Shown here: positions 51,764-61,527 of the stretch, one piece after another
Layout of the letters: every line of letters begins with the position of its first letter
Numbering within the stretch: position 1 is the stretch's first letter
NCBI GenBank assembly: GCA_963773065.1
Contig: CAVYZN010000011.1
Location: 96,001-160,000 of the forward strand
From: an uncultured Gammaproteobacteria bacterium
GTDB taxonomy: Bacteria > Pseudomonadota > Gammaproteobacteria > UBA9214
Reading direction: 5' to 3'
Length of the DNA stretch: 64,000 nucleotides
Program-made: the position numbers and the translations under genes
Notes under the pieces: model-generated
The model's database searches: none
The model's input: only the letters and a program-made list of their open reading frames with translations
Told to the model about the DNA's origin: nothing

Positions 51764-52657
51764 AAAAGGGGACATTCTGGTTTTTTAACTACCGTCTATG
51801 AGGCTGTCTACCATGAAGTGGTCAGAGAATCGACGATGAATTTCTGAAACTCACGGAATGCCATAAATTGGCCTCATTCCCGCAAGACTAAGTGCAGTCC
51901 CCGTCGTCCACGCTATTGGCAATTGTGTCAGCATCAGGAGTTGACGGTGTTGTCAGGCTTGCGTAAGGTTCCGGCATGCCAAGGACGGCACGCGCTTCGG
52001 TCGGGGGGCTGTGTTACCACGTAATCAATCGTGGCAATGCACGAGCTCCTGTGTTCCACGACTCGTCTGACTATCAGGCGTTTGTTCGTCTGATCGGTGA
52101 AGCCTGCACGCGCTTGTCATTGGATGTGCTGGCCGCCTGCCTGATGCCTAATCATATCCATCTCGTTTTGCGGCCCTATAGCGACGGGGACCTAAGCCGG
52201 TGGATGCAGTGGTTGTTGACCGCCCATGTTCGCCGTTATCACCGCCGCTACGGATCGAGCGGTCATGTGTGGCAGGGGCGTTTCAAGGCATTTCCAATTC
52301 AACACGATGCGCATCTGCTGCAGGTTATGCGCTATGTGGAGCGAAACGCATTGCGGGCAAATCTGGTTGTTCGCGCCGAAGACTGGCGATGGGGAAGTCT
52401 TGCCTGGAGGTGCGCCGGGCGCCCTGCGTCGCTTTTGGCATTGCCGCCGGTATCGCTTCCTGACGACTGGTTGGTTCGAGTCAACGCGCCGGAATCCGAA
52501 GTTGAGCTGGCGGCGTTGCGTCGAAGTGTCAACCGTGGCGCCCCGTTCGGGGATGCTGCCTGGGTTGAAGAAACGGCCATAGACCTGGGGCTGGAATCCA
52601 GTGTACGGCCTCATGGGCGTCCACGTAAGAGCAGGGAAAAGTAGAATGTCCCCTTTT
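51764..52657. mobile_element. Y1 (RAYT-like) transposon bounded by 15-bp perfect terminal inverted repeats
   Basis: aaaaggggacattct (51764-51778) and agaatgtcccctttt (52643-52657) enclose the transposase gene. Confidence 0.7.
51976..52644 (+). CDS. REP-associated tyrosine transposase (HUH/Y1, IS200-like)
   Basis: MPRTAR, YHVINRGN, LMPNHIHL (HUH), GHVWQGRF, RYVERN, W.WGS, GRPRK. Confidence 0.9.
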   Translation: MPRTARASVGGLCYHVINRGNARAPVFHDSSDYQAFVRLIGEACTRLSLDVLAACLMPNHIHLVLRPYSDGDLSRWMQWLLTAHVRRYHRRYGSSGHVWQGRFKAFPIQHDAHLLQVMRYVERNALRANLVVRAEDWRWGSLAWRCAGRPASLLALPPVSLPDDWLVRVNAPESEVELAALRRSVNRGAPFGDAAWVEETAIDLGLESSVRPHGRPRKSREK

Positions 52658-53158
52658 TACTTGCCGATCAGTTTCTCGATGGCTTGTATCATGTCCGGGT
52701 CATCCCAGTCGCGCGGGCCGTAGGCCACATGACTGAACGCGGCCTTGCGGATCGATCAGGAAACTGGTCGGATAGATATCGATCCCCCAGTCGGAGGCGG
52801 TCTGGCCGTCGCGGTCCAGCAGCAGGGGAAAATGAACCTGCACCTTGGCGGCGAACTTCCACACCGTGCCGGGTGACTCCTCGACATTGACGGCGAGGAG
52901 GGTAAAGGGCTTCCCGGCCATGGCCTCCTGCAGGCGTTGCATGCTGGGCATCTCGATCACGCAGGGCGCGCACCAACTGGCCCAGAAGTTCACCAGCACC
53001 ACCCGGCCGCGATAGTCCTGCAGCGAGTGGGCCTTGTGTCCCAGATCCTCCAGTGACAGCGCGGGTGTCTGACCGAAGCCCTGGTAGGGATCCAGTTGAC
53101 CCGCCGCCGGGCAGGACAGGTATAAGAGCATCAGCAGGCCAGTGAAGTATTTGATCAT
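52657..53158 (-). CDS. TlpA-family thiol-disulfide oxidoreductase (frameshift near 52735)
   Basis: Signal peptide; VNFWASWCAPC..EMP, YPTSFLID. Corrected tail AYGPRDWDD...KLIGK*. Confidence 0.88.
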
Positions 53159-53341
53159 GACGTGCAGCATACCCACAATCATCACGTACTGCCACGCGGC
53201 TGGATACGACGGCGTACCGCGCCGGCCGTATGGGCGGTGGTGGTTGTCGCCTGCCGGGCCGCAATACGGGAACACCCCACCAAACCCCGGATTTCCCCTG
53301 TGCAATATCCGGGCAACCTGTCAGACAAATCTGACAACGGT

Positions 53342-53379
53342 CCTGACATATGTGGCAGACCACCATGACAGAACTGTCA
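53342..53379 (+). promoter_or_regulatory. Upstream activator sequence, copy C
   Basis: cctgacatatgtggcagaccaccatgacagaactgtca. Confidence 0.68.
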
Positions 53380-53442
53380 GCCGGGGTGTTCGTTAATATG
53401 CTTATAAAAGGTAAGTACAACTACTTAGCGACGTGTCCGGCA

Positions 53443-53459
53443 CTGGCATAACAATTGCT
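53443..53459 (+). promoter_or_regulatory. Sigma-54 -24/-12 promoter, cytochrome C
   Basis: ctGGcataacaattGCt. Confidence 0.8.
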
Positions 53460-53594
53460 CTTACTTCTGGTTCACAGCGCCGTTGCCGCGCCGTGATGGG
53501 AGTGACAGGGAGTTCCGTGTTTGCAGTACTTGACCTCTGCCGCAAGGGTGGAAGTTCATTTCATTAGACATAAACCACTGAGGGGAACAATGGC

Positions 53595-56500
53595 ATGTGT
53601 ACAAAAACTCTGCTGAAGATGGCACGACGCGTGTTGCGGCTGGCGGCCGGTAGCCTGGCCGTCCTGACACTCGCTGCCCCGAATGCGTGGGCGGCGTTGA
53701 CCTGTAGTATTACACCGACGAATGGCACCGCGACGGTCAATGTGCCGTTTACCTTTACCGCCAACATAGCGGGGCAAAAGGGCCAGGTAACCTATGCCTG
53801 GACCTTCTCCGGGCCGGCCACGCCGACGACCTCGACCAGTTCGTCGCAGGCCGTGACCTACAGCACGGCGGGCGGACCGTTTGCGGTCAATCTGCACGTC
53901 GTCACGACCAAAAGCGGCGAGTGCACTGCCGCGACCAACGTGACGTGGTAACGGGCGGCACCAACAATCCGCCGGTCGCCAATGCCGACAGCTATAACGC
54001 CACCCAGGGCACGCTGCTGAGCGTGGGCGCCCCGGGCGTGCTCGGCAACGACACCGATGAGACCCAGGCGACGCTGACGGCCGTGCTGCAGGTGACGACC
54101 ACCAAGGGCACCCTCACCCTGAACGCGAACGGCTCGTTCACCTACAACTACACGGGCACGGGCACGTTACCCACGACGGATACCTTCACCTACAAGGCGC
54201 GTGAGGGGCAGACCCCCTTCCAGCTTTCCAACACCGCGACGGTGACGATCACCATTTCGGCGGCGGGCGCCAGCGGTTCGCCGGTCGGGCCGCGGCGACA
54301 CCTACGCGACCCCGGTGGGCACCACCCTGAACGTGGCGGCCTCGCGCGTCTCCGGCGTGCTCTACAACGACTTCGACACCGACTCCCTAGGCAACCCGAT
54401 TCCGGGTTCGGCCTCCACGCTGACGGCGCAGTTGATCACGGCCCGGCCAACGGCACCCTGACGCTGAACAGCCAACGGTTCGTTCACCTATACGCCGAGC
54501 ACGAGCCTGAGCGACAACGCCAACGACAGCTTCACCTACAAGGCGCGGGACCCCAATGCCAACCTGTCGGCCGTGACGACGGTGAACATCAACATCCTGT
54601 CGAAGCAGACGGATTACAAGATCATGATGAACTACGAGCTGGGCATGCACTGCACCGGCTTCGAGTTTGCCTATTGCTGCGTCCTGCCGCCCTACAACTC
54701 GATCCTGGCGCAGGTGGTGAAGCCGCAGGCCGTGGAACCGCCGGTGACGGGTGGCGATTTCCCGCGCCTGCTCTCGGGTGATCCCGGCAACGTGGACGGG
54801 CTGGGCCGCTCGAACGTGCTGCGCGACGCGCAACTGGACGGCTCCGGCAAGTTCAAGAAGTTCTACCTGGAGTACTACCACGACGCGCAGCCGCGCCACG
54901 AGGGTCAGGGCAAGGTGCAGACCTCGACGCTGATCAGCAACGTGGAGGGCAACTCGATGTTCTACACCTCGACCAAGTACGACTCGGCGGCGGTGGATGC
55001 CAACGGCAAGCTGGTGACGGGGACCTACGAGGGGGCCTACGGCGTGGTGAAGGGCGACGGGGACTTGACCGACGCGACCGACAACTACGCCAACGGCTGG
55101 CTGAACCACTTCTACATCTACTCGGACCTCGAGGGCAGCAACCCGCTCAACACCAGCCTGGAGACGAACAAGATCCGCCTCGGCGTGACCAATGGGACCA
55201 AGGGGATAGTGTATCCGGCCAACACGGGCGCGGCGCTGCAGCCGATGGGTCCGACGGGCAGCGCCTCGGGCTTCGACAACGTGCTGACGTTCTCGGGCGA
55301 GAGTGGCACGGTGGTGTACACGCAGATGAAGGTGCTGGAGAACCTGCCGATCATGCTGACCTCCCCGCGCATCTGGGAGGCGCTCGGTCTGCCGCTGGAC
55401 CCGTTTGAGGATACGATCAGCTTCTTCGCCGATCCGGGGCTGGTGAACGAGGACTCGATCCGTCCCTACGTGGAGATGAAGGCGGCGCTGCACACGGCCA
55501 CCTGCGATGCGAACGGACATAACTGCACCGAGGGTGCGGCGGTGATCGGCAGCAACGGCAAGCCGGTGATCGGATTTGGCACGGCGCCGATCGACATCCC
55601 GAACTGCGAGCGCTGCCACTCGGTGCCGGCGTTCACCAACAGCCTGCCGAACGTGAACAGCCCGAGCTACGTGCGCCGTCCGGGCACGGCGGCTCCCTTC
55701 GTCAAGACGCGGTGGTTCGTATGCCGGGGCGAGCCTGGAGGCGATCACCACGGGGGAGAAGAACTACTGGGATGCCTATTACGGCATCAGCACGGCGGCG
55801 GGGGATTCCGACTGGTACTCGCGCTTGAAGGGTGCGGCGATCAACATGCTGGCGCTGCATGACTTCGACAACGGCACCGGCTTCACGGCCAACTGGCCGG
55901 CCTGCGGCAGCGACCATGCGCCGCCGAGCACCTGTGCCGCGCCGGTGCAGAACACGCGGCTCGGCAAGGAGAGCGTGATCTGCCAGAAGTGCCATGCGGA
56001 CAACGTGATCGCGGTGGTGAAGTCGGCCTACAAGGATGCGGGCTTGACGCAGTTGATCAAGCCGATCACCGAGGCGATCCATCACCGGCACCGTGAGGTA
56101 GCGAGGGCGGCAGCATCAACTTCGCCGATAACGCCGGTCGCAGCGGCGGCTGTCAGGGTTGTCATCCGGCGCACCGTTCCGACGGCGTGATGGACGGCTA
56201 TCCGATCAGCTATGGCGGTACGAACGTCCAGGCGCAGAGCGACAACCGCCTGGCGGCGGGCGGCTGCTTCGTGGGCCGCGACGTGCACTCCAACGCGCTG
56301 AAGGACGTGGACGGGGCGGAGACGCCGGCGCACTTGAATGCGGTGGGCACCTATCTGTCGACCAACGTGTTCAACAACCAGGACGGGGTGGCCGGTGTGT
56401 CCGGTTCGCCGACGCGCGGTCTGTGGTGCACCAACTGTCACAGCCAGTTGGGTCAGGAGCTGTGGCGCGACGGAGAACTGTACGGACCTCATCAACAACA

Positions 56501-57653
56501 TCTGCACCACCAACCCGCGCGGGCAGTCGACGCTGTCGGCGGTGGCCGCGGCGGTGGGCGGTGAGCCAGGCGCAGGCGATTGCCTGGATGGATCCGACCA
56601 ACACCAACGCGCTGGGTGATTTCACCCATGCGATCTGGGATCCGGCGATTGCCGATGCCAACCTCGCGACCATCGAGGTGCGGGGTGGACAGCCCTTCGG
56701 CACCACGGATGCCGATGGAGACTTCTCGGTGCGCATCCTCAACTTCTGCACCACCGCGGACTGCGTGTCGGCGGCCCAGACGGTGCTGAACGGCGAGGGT
56801 AACGGCGGCACGGCGGTTGCCGTACCCTTCAGCGCGGCGACCGACGGCCGGGATCACTGGCTGGCGGCGGGTGAGCCGCACTGCGCGGACTGCCATGCGC
56901 CGCCCTATGTGGAGCCAAGCGGCGGCAACGTCGGCGAGGACACCCGTTCGGGTGAGACCAAGTTCAAGCCGCCGTTCAACTATCCGCGCAAGGCGAGCCT
57001 GATGCGCTACTCGAAGGGCCACCAGGGGGTGAGCTGTCAGGGCTGTCACGAGTCGATTCATGGTCTGTATCCGGTGACCCCGACGATCGACTCGACCAGC
57101 CTACGCGCAGGCGGCGGCGCTCAATGCGGACGGTTCGCACGGCCCGCTGAAGTGCGGCACCTGCCATGCGGTGGGCAGCGACGGCAGGCCGACCTGGATC
57201 AAGAAGCACGCTCTTCGGCTCGACCTTCGATGCCGCGGTGGGCTGGGCGCATACCTACACGGACGATGCCAGCCCGCTCGACTCGACCTGCCAGAACTGC
57301 CACGCCGATCGCCGCACCAGCATCAGCGAGTCGAGCGGCAGGTGGTTGCGGCACTCCTTCGTGGGACGCATCGGCCGGCAGACGCAGGACAAGGTCGAGA
57401 TGCCCAGTTGGGCCACGTGGCCGGTGATCCGGACACCAACGGCGACGGCATCAACGACCGCACGGCCACGCAGATCGCGAGCGGGGTCTGCGCCAACTGC
57501 CACGCGACCAACGGCGGGCCTTCGGGCAACTTCCTCAGTCTGGTCACCTGCAGCAACCTGACCTGGAAGCAGCACCTGGTCCAGGGCCGGCTGTCGCCCA
57601 AGGTCTGGGAGTTCATCTCCACCGCCCAGACGGGTTCGACCTGCGACTGGTAA
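53595..57653 (+). CDS. Large secreted multiheme cytochrome c 'C', paralog of A (PKD + two Big_9-like domains, 9 CxxCH); many frameshifts
   Basis: PPVANADSY..GVLGNDTD..GTLTLNANGSFTY; MNYELGMHCTGFEFAYCCVLPPYN. Hemes CERCH, CQKCH, CQGCH, CTNCH, CADCH, CQGCH, CGTCH, CQNCH, CANCH. Ends TCDW*. Confidence 0.85.
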
Positions 57654-57702
57654 GCACGGGTCCCGCCGGCCTTCCGGGCCGGCGGGTCATATCGACAACC
57701 GA

Positions 57703-57735
57703 TGGAGGGGAAGCTTCTTCCCCTCCATTTTTTTT
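57703..57735 (+). terminator. Rho-independent terminator
   Basis: atggaggggaag-ctt-cttcccctccat-tttttt. Confidence 0.8.
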
Positions 57736-57848
57736 ACCGGATTGGCATTCGACGGGAATGATTTGTTAAATTACGGGTCTTAACGCGTGGCAAGCAGACG
57801 CGGCAGACGTCGCAGGTCAGGGAAGCGTTGCGAGGAATCCCTGAACAA

Positions 57849-57929
57849 TGTCATCCCCGCGAAAGCGGGGATCGCATTAACCTGACGATCCCGGACACAC
57901 TGGATTCCCGCTTACGCGGAAGAATGACG
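57849..57929. repeat. Palindromic REP-like doublet (same family as 34755 and 46743)
   Basis: gtcatccccgcgaaagcggggatc ... ctggattcccgcttacgcggaagaatgac. Confidence 0.65.
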
Positions 57930-58027
57930 GGCATTATGATCAGAGCTTGCCATAAAAAACGAGATACTCCGGCCACAATCGGACCCTGACGTATCATTCA
58001 CATTCATTGAATTCGGGAAAATGCACT

Positions 58028-59542
58028 ATGAAGCGATTATTACGTGATTCCTTGCTGTTTTCTTTTGTACTGGTTTCCATCGGCCTGCAGGGCGCCTGCG
58101 GCAAGGAACCGCCGCAGAGTAGCGGCGGCAGCGGGCAGGACAGCGCCGCGGCATCCTCGGCGCCCGCGACGGCGGAGCCGCTGACCGATGATGTGATCGC
58201 GACCGTGGGTGACCAGAAGATCACCTTCAGCGAGATCAACACCATGCTGAACAGTTCGGCGGTGGTGGGGGTATCCCTGCCGGCCATGGGCACGCCCGAG
58301 CGCGACACGGTGCGCATCACGCTGCTCGACAAGATGGTGAGCGCGAACCTGATCTATCTGGATGCGCTCAAGCAGGGTCTGGACAAGGACCCGGACTACC
58401 AGCGCGAGATCGAGCGGTTCTCGGACGGAATACTGACGGCGCTGTACCGCAACACGTTTCTGCTGAAAGGGATGGAGGTCAGTGACGCCGAGGTCGAGGA
58501 CTTCTTCAAAAAGTCGACTGCGCCGGGGACGGAATTGACCGATGACGAGCGCACGGCGCTCAAGGCGACGCTGCGCAAGCAGCGGCTCACCGAGAAGGGC
58601 GGGGAACTGCGCGCTACGCTGCGCGAGGGTGTTACCGTGGAGATCAACGACGCGGAGATGGATCCGCTCAAGGATGCCGAGCGCGCCGATACCGCGGTGC
58701 TGGCCACGATAGACGGGGCGCCGTTTACCTGGGGCGCGGTCAAGGAGCAATTGGGCGCCGCGGTCAGTTCGACCTCCAGTGACCAGCGCCGTGAGGCGGT
58801 GAATTCGCTGGTGGATGAACGCATCATGGTCAACAAGGCCAAGGCGAACGGGCTCGAGCAGGACCCGGTCTACCAGGCGCGTTTCGCGGAGTTCCGCAAG
58901 ACCCGCCTGATCAACCTGCATCGCAACAATCTGGTAAAGACCATGGAGCCGAGCGACGCGGATCTGCGCGCCTATTTCGAGGCGAACCGCGCCCGGATCA
59001 CCATCCCGGAGTTCCGCAAAGTGCAGATGGTCGTGCTGAAGACCGAGGATGAGGCCAAGGAGATCAAGCGCAAGATCGATGCCGGCGAGATGACCCTGTA
59101 CCAGGCGGCGGCCGATCATTCCATCGCGCCCGAAGCCAAGGAGAACCTGGGCGAGATCGGCTGGGTGGAGAAGGGCAAGGCCCTGCCGGGATTGAACGAT
59201 GTCGTCTTCGCCCTGGGCCCGGGCGAGATCGGGGGGCCGGTGCAGGTGGGCGATGTCTGGCATCTGGTGATGGTGCAGGACGTGCGCGCGCCGCAGTATG
59301 CCGACTTCGAGGAGGAAAAGACCCGTACGATGACGCGGCGCCGGTACCTCCATGAGAAGCTCGACGAATATACCGCCAGGCTGCGCGAGAAGGAATTCGA
59401 GGTGAAGGTCGATGAGGACAAGCTGATCCGCCTGGCGCAGCAGGAAGCGGACATGGTGAAAGAACTCGCGGAAAAGGCCCAGCAACCGGGTTCCGAGACC
59501 GAGAAGCGCCTCGGGGAACTCCAGAAAATGCTGAAGCAGTAA
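58028..59542 (+). CDS. PpiC/parvulin-type peptidyl-prolyl isomerase (copy 2), possible lipoprotein
   Basis: Paralog of 46965-48470 (DDVIATVGDQKITFSEIN...RRYLHEKLD); signal ends GAC-GKE. Confidence 0.88.
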   Translation: MKRLLRDSLLFSFVLVSIGLQGACGKEPPQSSGGSGQDSAAASSAPATAEPLTDDVIATVGDQKITFSEINTMLNSSAVVGVSLPAMGTPERDTVRITLLDKMVSANLIYLDALKQGLDKDPDYQREIERFSDGILTALYRNTFLLKGMEVSDAEVEDFFKKSTAPGTELTDDERTALKATLRKQRLTEKGGELRATLREGVTVEINDAEMDPLKDAERADTAVLATIDGAPFTWGAVKEQLGAAVSSTSSDQRREAVNSLVDERIMVNKAKANGLEQDPVYQARFAEFRKTRLINLHRNNLVKTMEPSDADLRAYFEANRARITIPEFRKVQMVVLKTEDEAKEIKRKIDAGEMTLYQAAADHSIAPEAKENLGEIGWVEKGKALPGLNDVVFALGPGEIGGPVQVGDVWHLVMVQDVRAPQYADFEEEKTRTMTRRRYLHEKLDEYTARLREKEFEVKVDEDKLIRLAQQEADMVKELAEKAQQPGSETEKRLGELQKMLKQ

Positions 59543-59624
59543 GGGTGTCGAACCCGCCGTTCGGCATCGCTGCGGTCACGGCGCCGGATGGCGGGGGCCA
59601 GTGTCCATACATAAAGGAACAAAC

Positions 59625-59756
59625 TCACCGCAAAGACGCGCGACTACAGGGATGTAGGAGGTAGGGCAACGCCGGGAGCGGTTGCCGAAAGTTCGCGAAG
59701 AAACTTATTAACAAAAACAATTAAACGGCTTTGCGTTCTTTGCGCCTTTGCGGTGA
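59625..59756. repeat. Palindromic repeat family 'caccgcaaag' with a 48-bp nested insert
   Basis: tcaccgcaaagacgc[gcgactacagggatgtagg...gttgccg]aaag...gcctttgcggtga. Confidence 0.7.
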
Positions 59757-59800
59757 AAATGGTGTTTATGGATGTACCCTAAACTAGGCGGAAGAACCTC

Positions 59801-60228
59801 ATGAACTGGTGTGATCTTGCACGAATGGCCACCGTCATGCTCCTGCTGGCTTGGGTGCGCTGGCCGTTCAGGCCGAGGAGATGATGTCGACGGCGATGAC
59901 GCCGGAAGAGGTCAAGGCCAAGCTGGGCACGCCGCAGGCGCCGCTCATCGTGGACGTGCGCACGCCGGTGGAGTTCGGCATCGCCCACCTGCCCGGCGCC
60001 GTCAACATCCCGCTGGCGGAACTGGAGAAGCGCCTGGACGAACTCCGGCAGGACCACGGCAACGGCGTGCTCATCTACTGTCTCAACGGTTCCCGGACGC
60101 TACAGGCCGAGCCGATCCTCTATACGCACGACATAGACAACGTTTACCACCTCGAAGGATCCCTCGAGGGATGGTTGCTGAAAAACTATCCGATCGAGAA
60201 GGGCGGGGTTAACAGGAAGACGTGGTAG
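59801..60228 (+). CDS. Secreted rhodanese-domain protein (frameshift in signal region)
   Basis: IVDVRTPVEF...HLPGAVNIP, YCLNGSR active loop, LEGSLEGW. Confidence 0.85.
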
Positions 60229-60306
60229 TAGTATCAAAGGCGCGCCCGTTCCCGGGCAGATGCGGCAGGGGGATTCAAACCGCTTGCGGACCCCCGATAA
60301 AACCGG

Positions 60307-60780
60307 CTATTGACCTGCCCCCGGTGTCAGGACAGTTGTCGCGATCTCCTTTTGCAGCTCGCCGATATGTTCCTGCAGGCGCTGCATGGCGAGCTGGTTG
60401 CGCTGCTGGACCAGTTCGGGAAGGCGCTGGAGCACCTTCTGGCCGGTGGGCGAACTGTAAAAGGCATTCATCTCGTCAAGCTCCGCTTCCGTGAAGGCCT
60501 GCAGATACATCGCCGCGAGATCGTCTTTCAGACCTTGCCAGCCGATGTATTTTTCCAGGAAGGCGCGCAGCGCATCCTTGTGCTCCGCCAGGGCGGGATT
60601 CTGCGCGATCTGCAGGGTGAGGACGCCGTCGACGCTGTCCTCGATCAAGCGCTGCATATGCGTCAGCTCGAAGAGCCTGGCCACGGCCTGCCGGTGGCTG
60701 TCGGATGCGGCGTATGATCCGGCCGGGCAGGCAAATGCCAGCAGGAAGGCCAGCAGGCAGGTCAGGGTGCGGGTGTTCAT
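60307..60780 (-). CDS. DUF2059 domain-containing secreted protein
   Basis: YLQAFTEAELDEMNAFYSSPTGQKVL...P motif; signal peptide. Confidence 0.8.
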   Translation of the reverse strand: MNTRTLTCLLAFLLAFACPAGSYAASDSHRQAVARLFELTHMQRLIEDSVDGVLTLQIAQNPALAEHKDALRAFLEKYIGWQGLKDDLAAMYLQAFTEAELDEMNAFYSSPTGQKVLQRLPELVQQRNQLAMQRLQEHIGELQKEIATTVLTPGAGQ

Positions 60781-60980
60781 CGACGGCCTCCTTTCTCTAC
60801 TATCGCGCCAGATGCATTAGTGCTACTGTTCGTTGAAATAGCGGCGAAGATAACACAAACCGCCGGGTTCATAGACCGGCAATCCGTTCTTTCTTGACCA
60901 GCCCTGTCCTTTAACTACGCAGTTCAAAGATGGCGTATCGGCCTGAAGGCTGTCGGCAGCGTCTTCACGAGGAGGCATCC

Positions 60981-61442
60981 ATGCAACGAATCAATGAAAA
61001 CCGGTGTTCATCGGGGAATAGACCGGGGGTGGCGTATGCCGCTTCGGGACCGGCGCCGCGACGGCCCAGGCCTGTGTCGGGATCACTCGCGGCGCTGCTG
61101 GTATACGCCATGATCCAGATCACCGGCGTGGCGGGCACGGCGCAAGCCTCACAGTTCAGTCCGCCCAAGATGGACGGCTACAACCTGCAGGATGAACATG
61201 ATGCCGACGGCGATGGCGATGGCGTCAAGGAAACGCACATCCAGCAGTATTCCAACGCGGCCGGCGACAGCATCTTCAGCATGACCACCAATGGCCACCT
61301 GTGGGCCTGGAGTCTGAATACGAAGGGAGAGGAAACCGGCGGCCCAAACAATTACGTCATCCGCGACAGCGATTGCGACGGCGTGTTCGACGAGGTCTAC
61401 AGCCTGGACGACAAGTACTACGTCCCCGACTGCGTGAAATAG
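60981..61442 (+). CDS. Hypothetical secreted acidic protein with DxDxDG (Ca-binding-like) motifs
   Basis: gaggagg RBS before ATG 60981; DADGDGDGVKE and DSDCDGVFDE. Confidence 0.65.
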   Translation: MQRINENRCSSGNRPGVAYAASGPAPRRPRPVSGSLAALLVYAMIQITGVAGTAQASQFSPPKMDGYNLQDEHDADGDGDGVKETHIQQYSNAAGDSIFSMTTNGHLWAWSLNTKGEETGGPNNYVIRDSDCDGVFDEVYSLDDKYYVPDCVK

Positions 61443-61527
61443 CGGGTTGTGCGTGCGGGGCTGCAGTTGCTCCGGCGTTTCTCGCGTCCGGGACTCGAAG
61501 CCTGAAGCATTATTAATACCGCGCTGC

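Noticed and set aside
42747-57653. Programmed frameshifting or phase variation in the cytochrome genes
   Set aside because: Breaks are not at conserved slippery sites between paralogs, and similar indels hit housekeeping genes.
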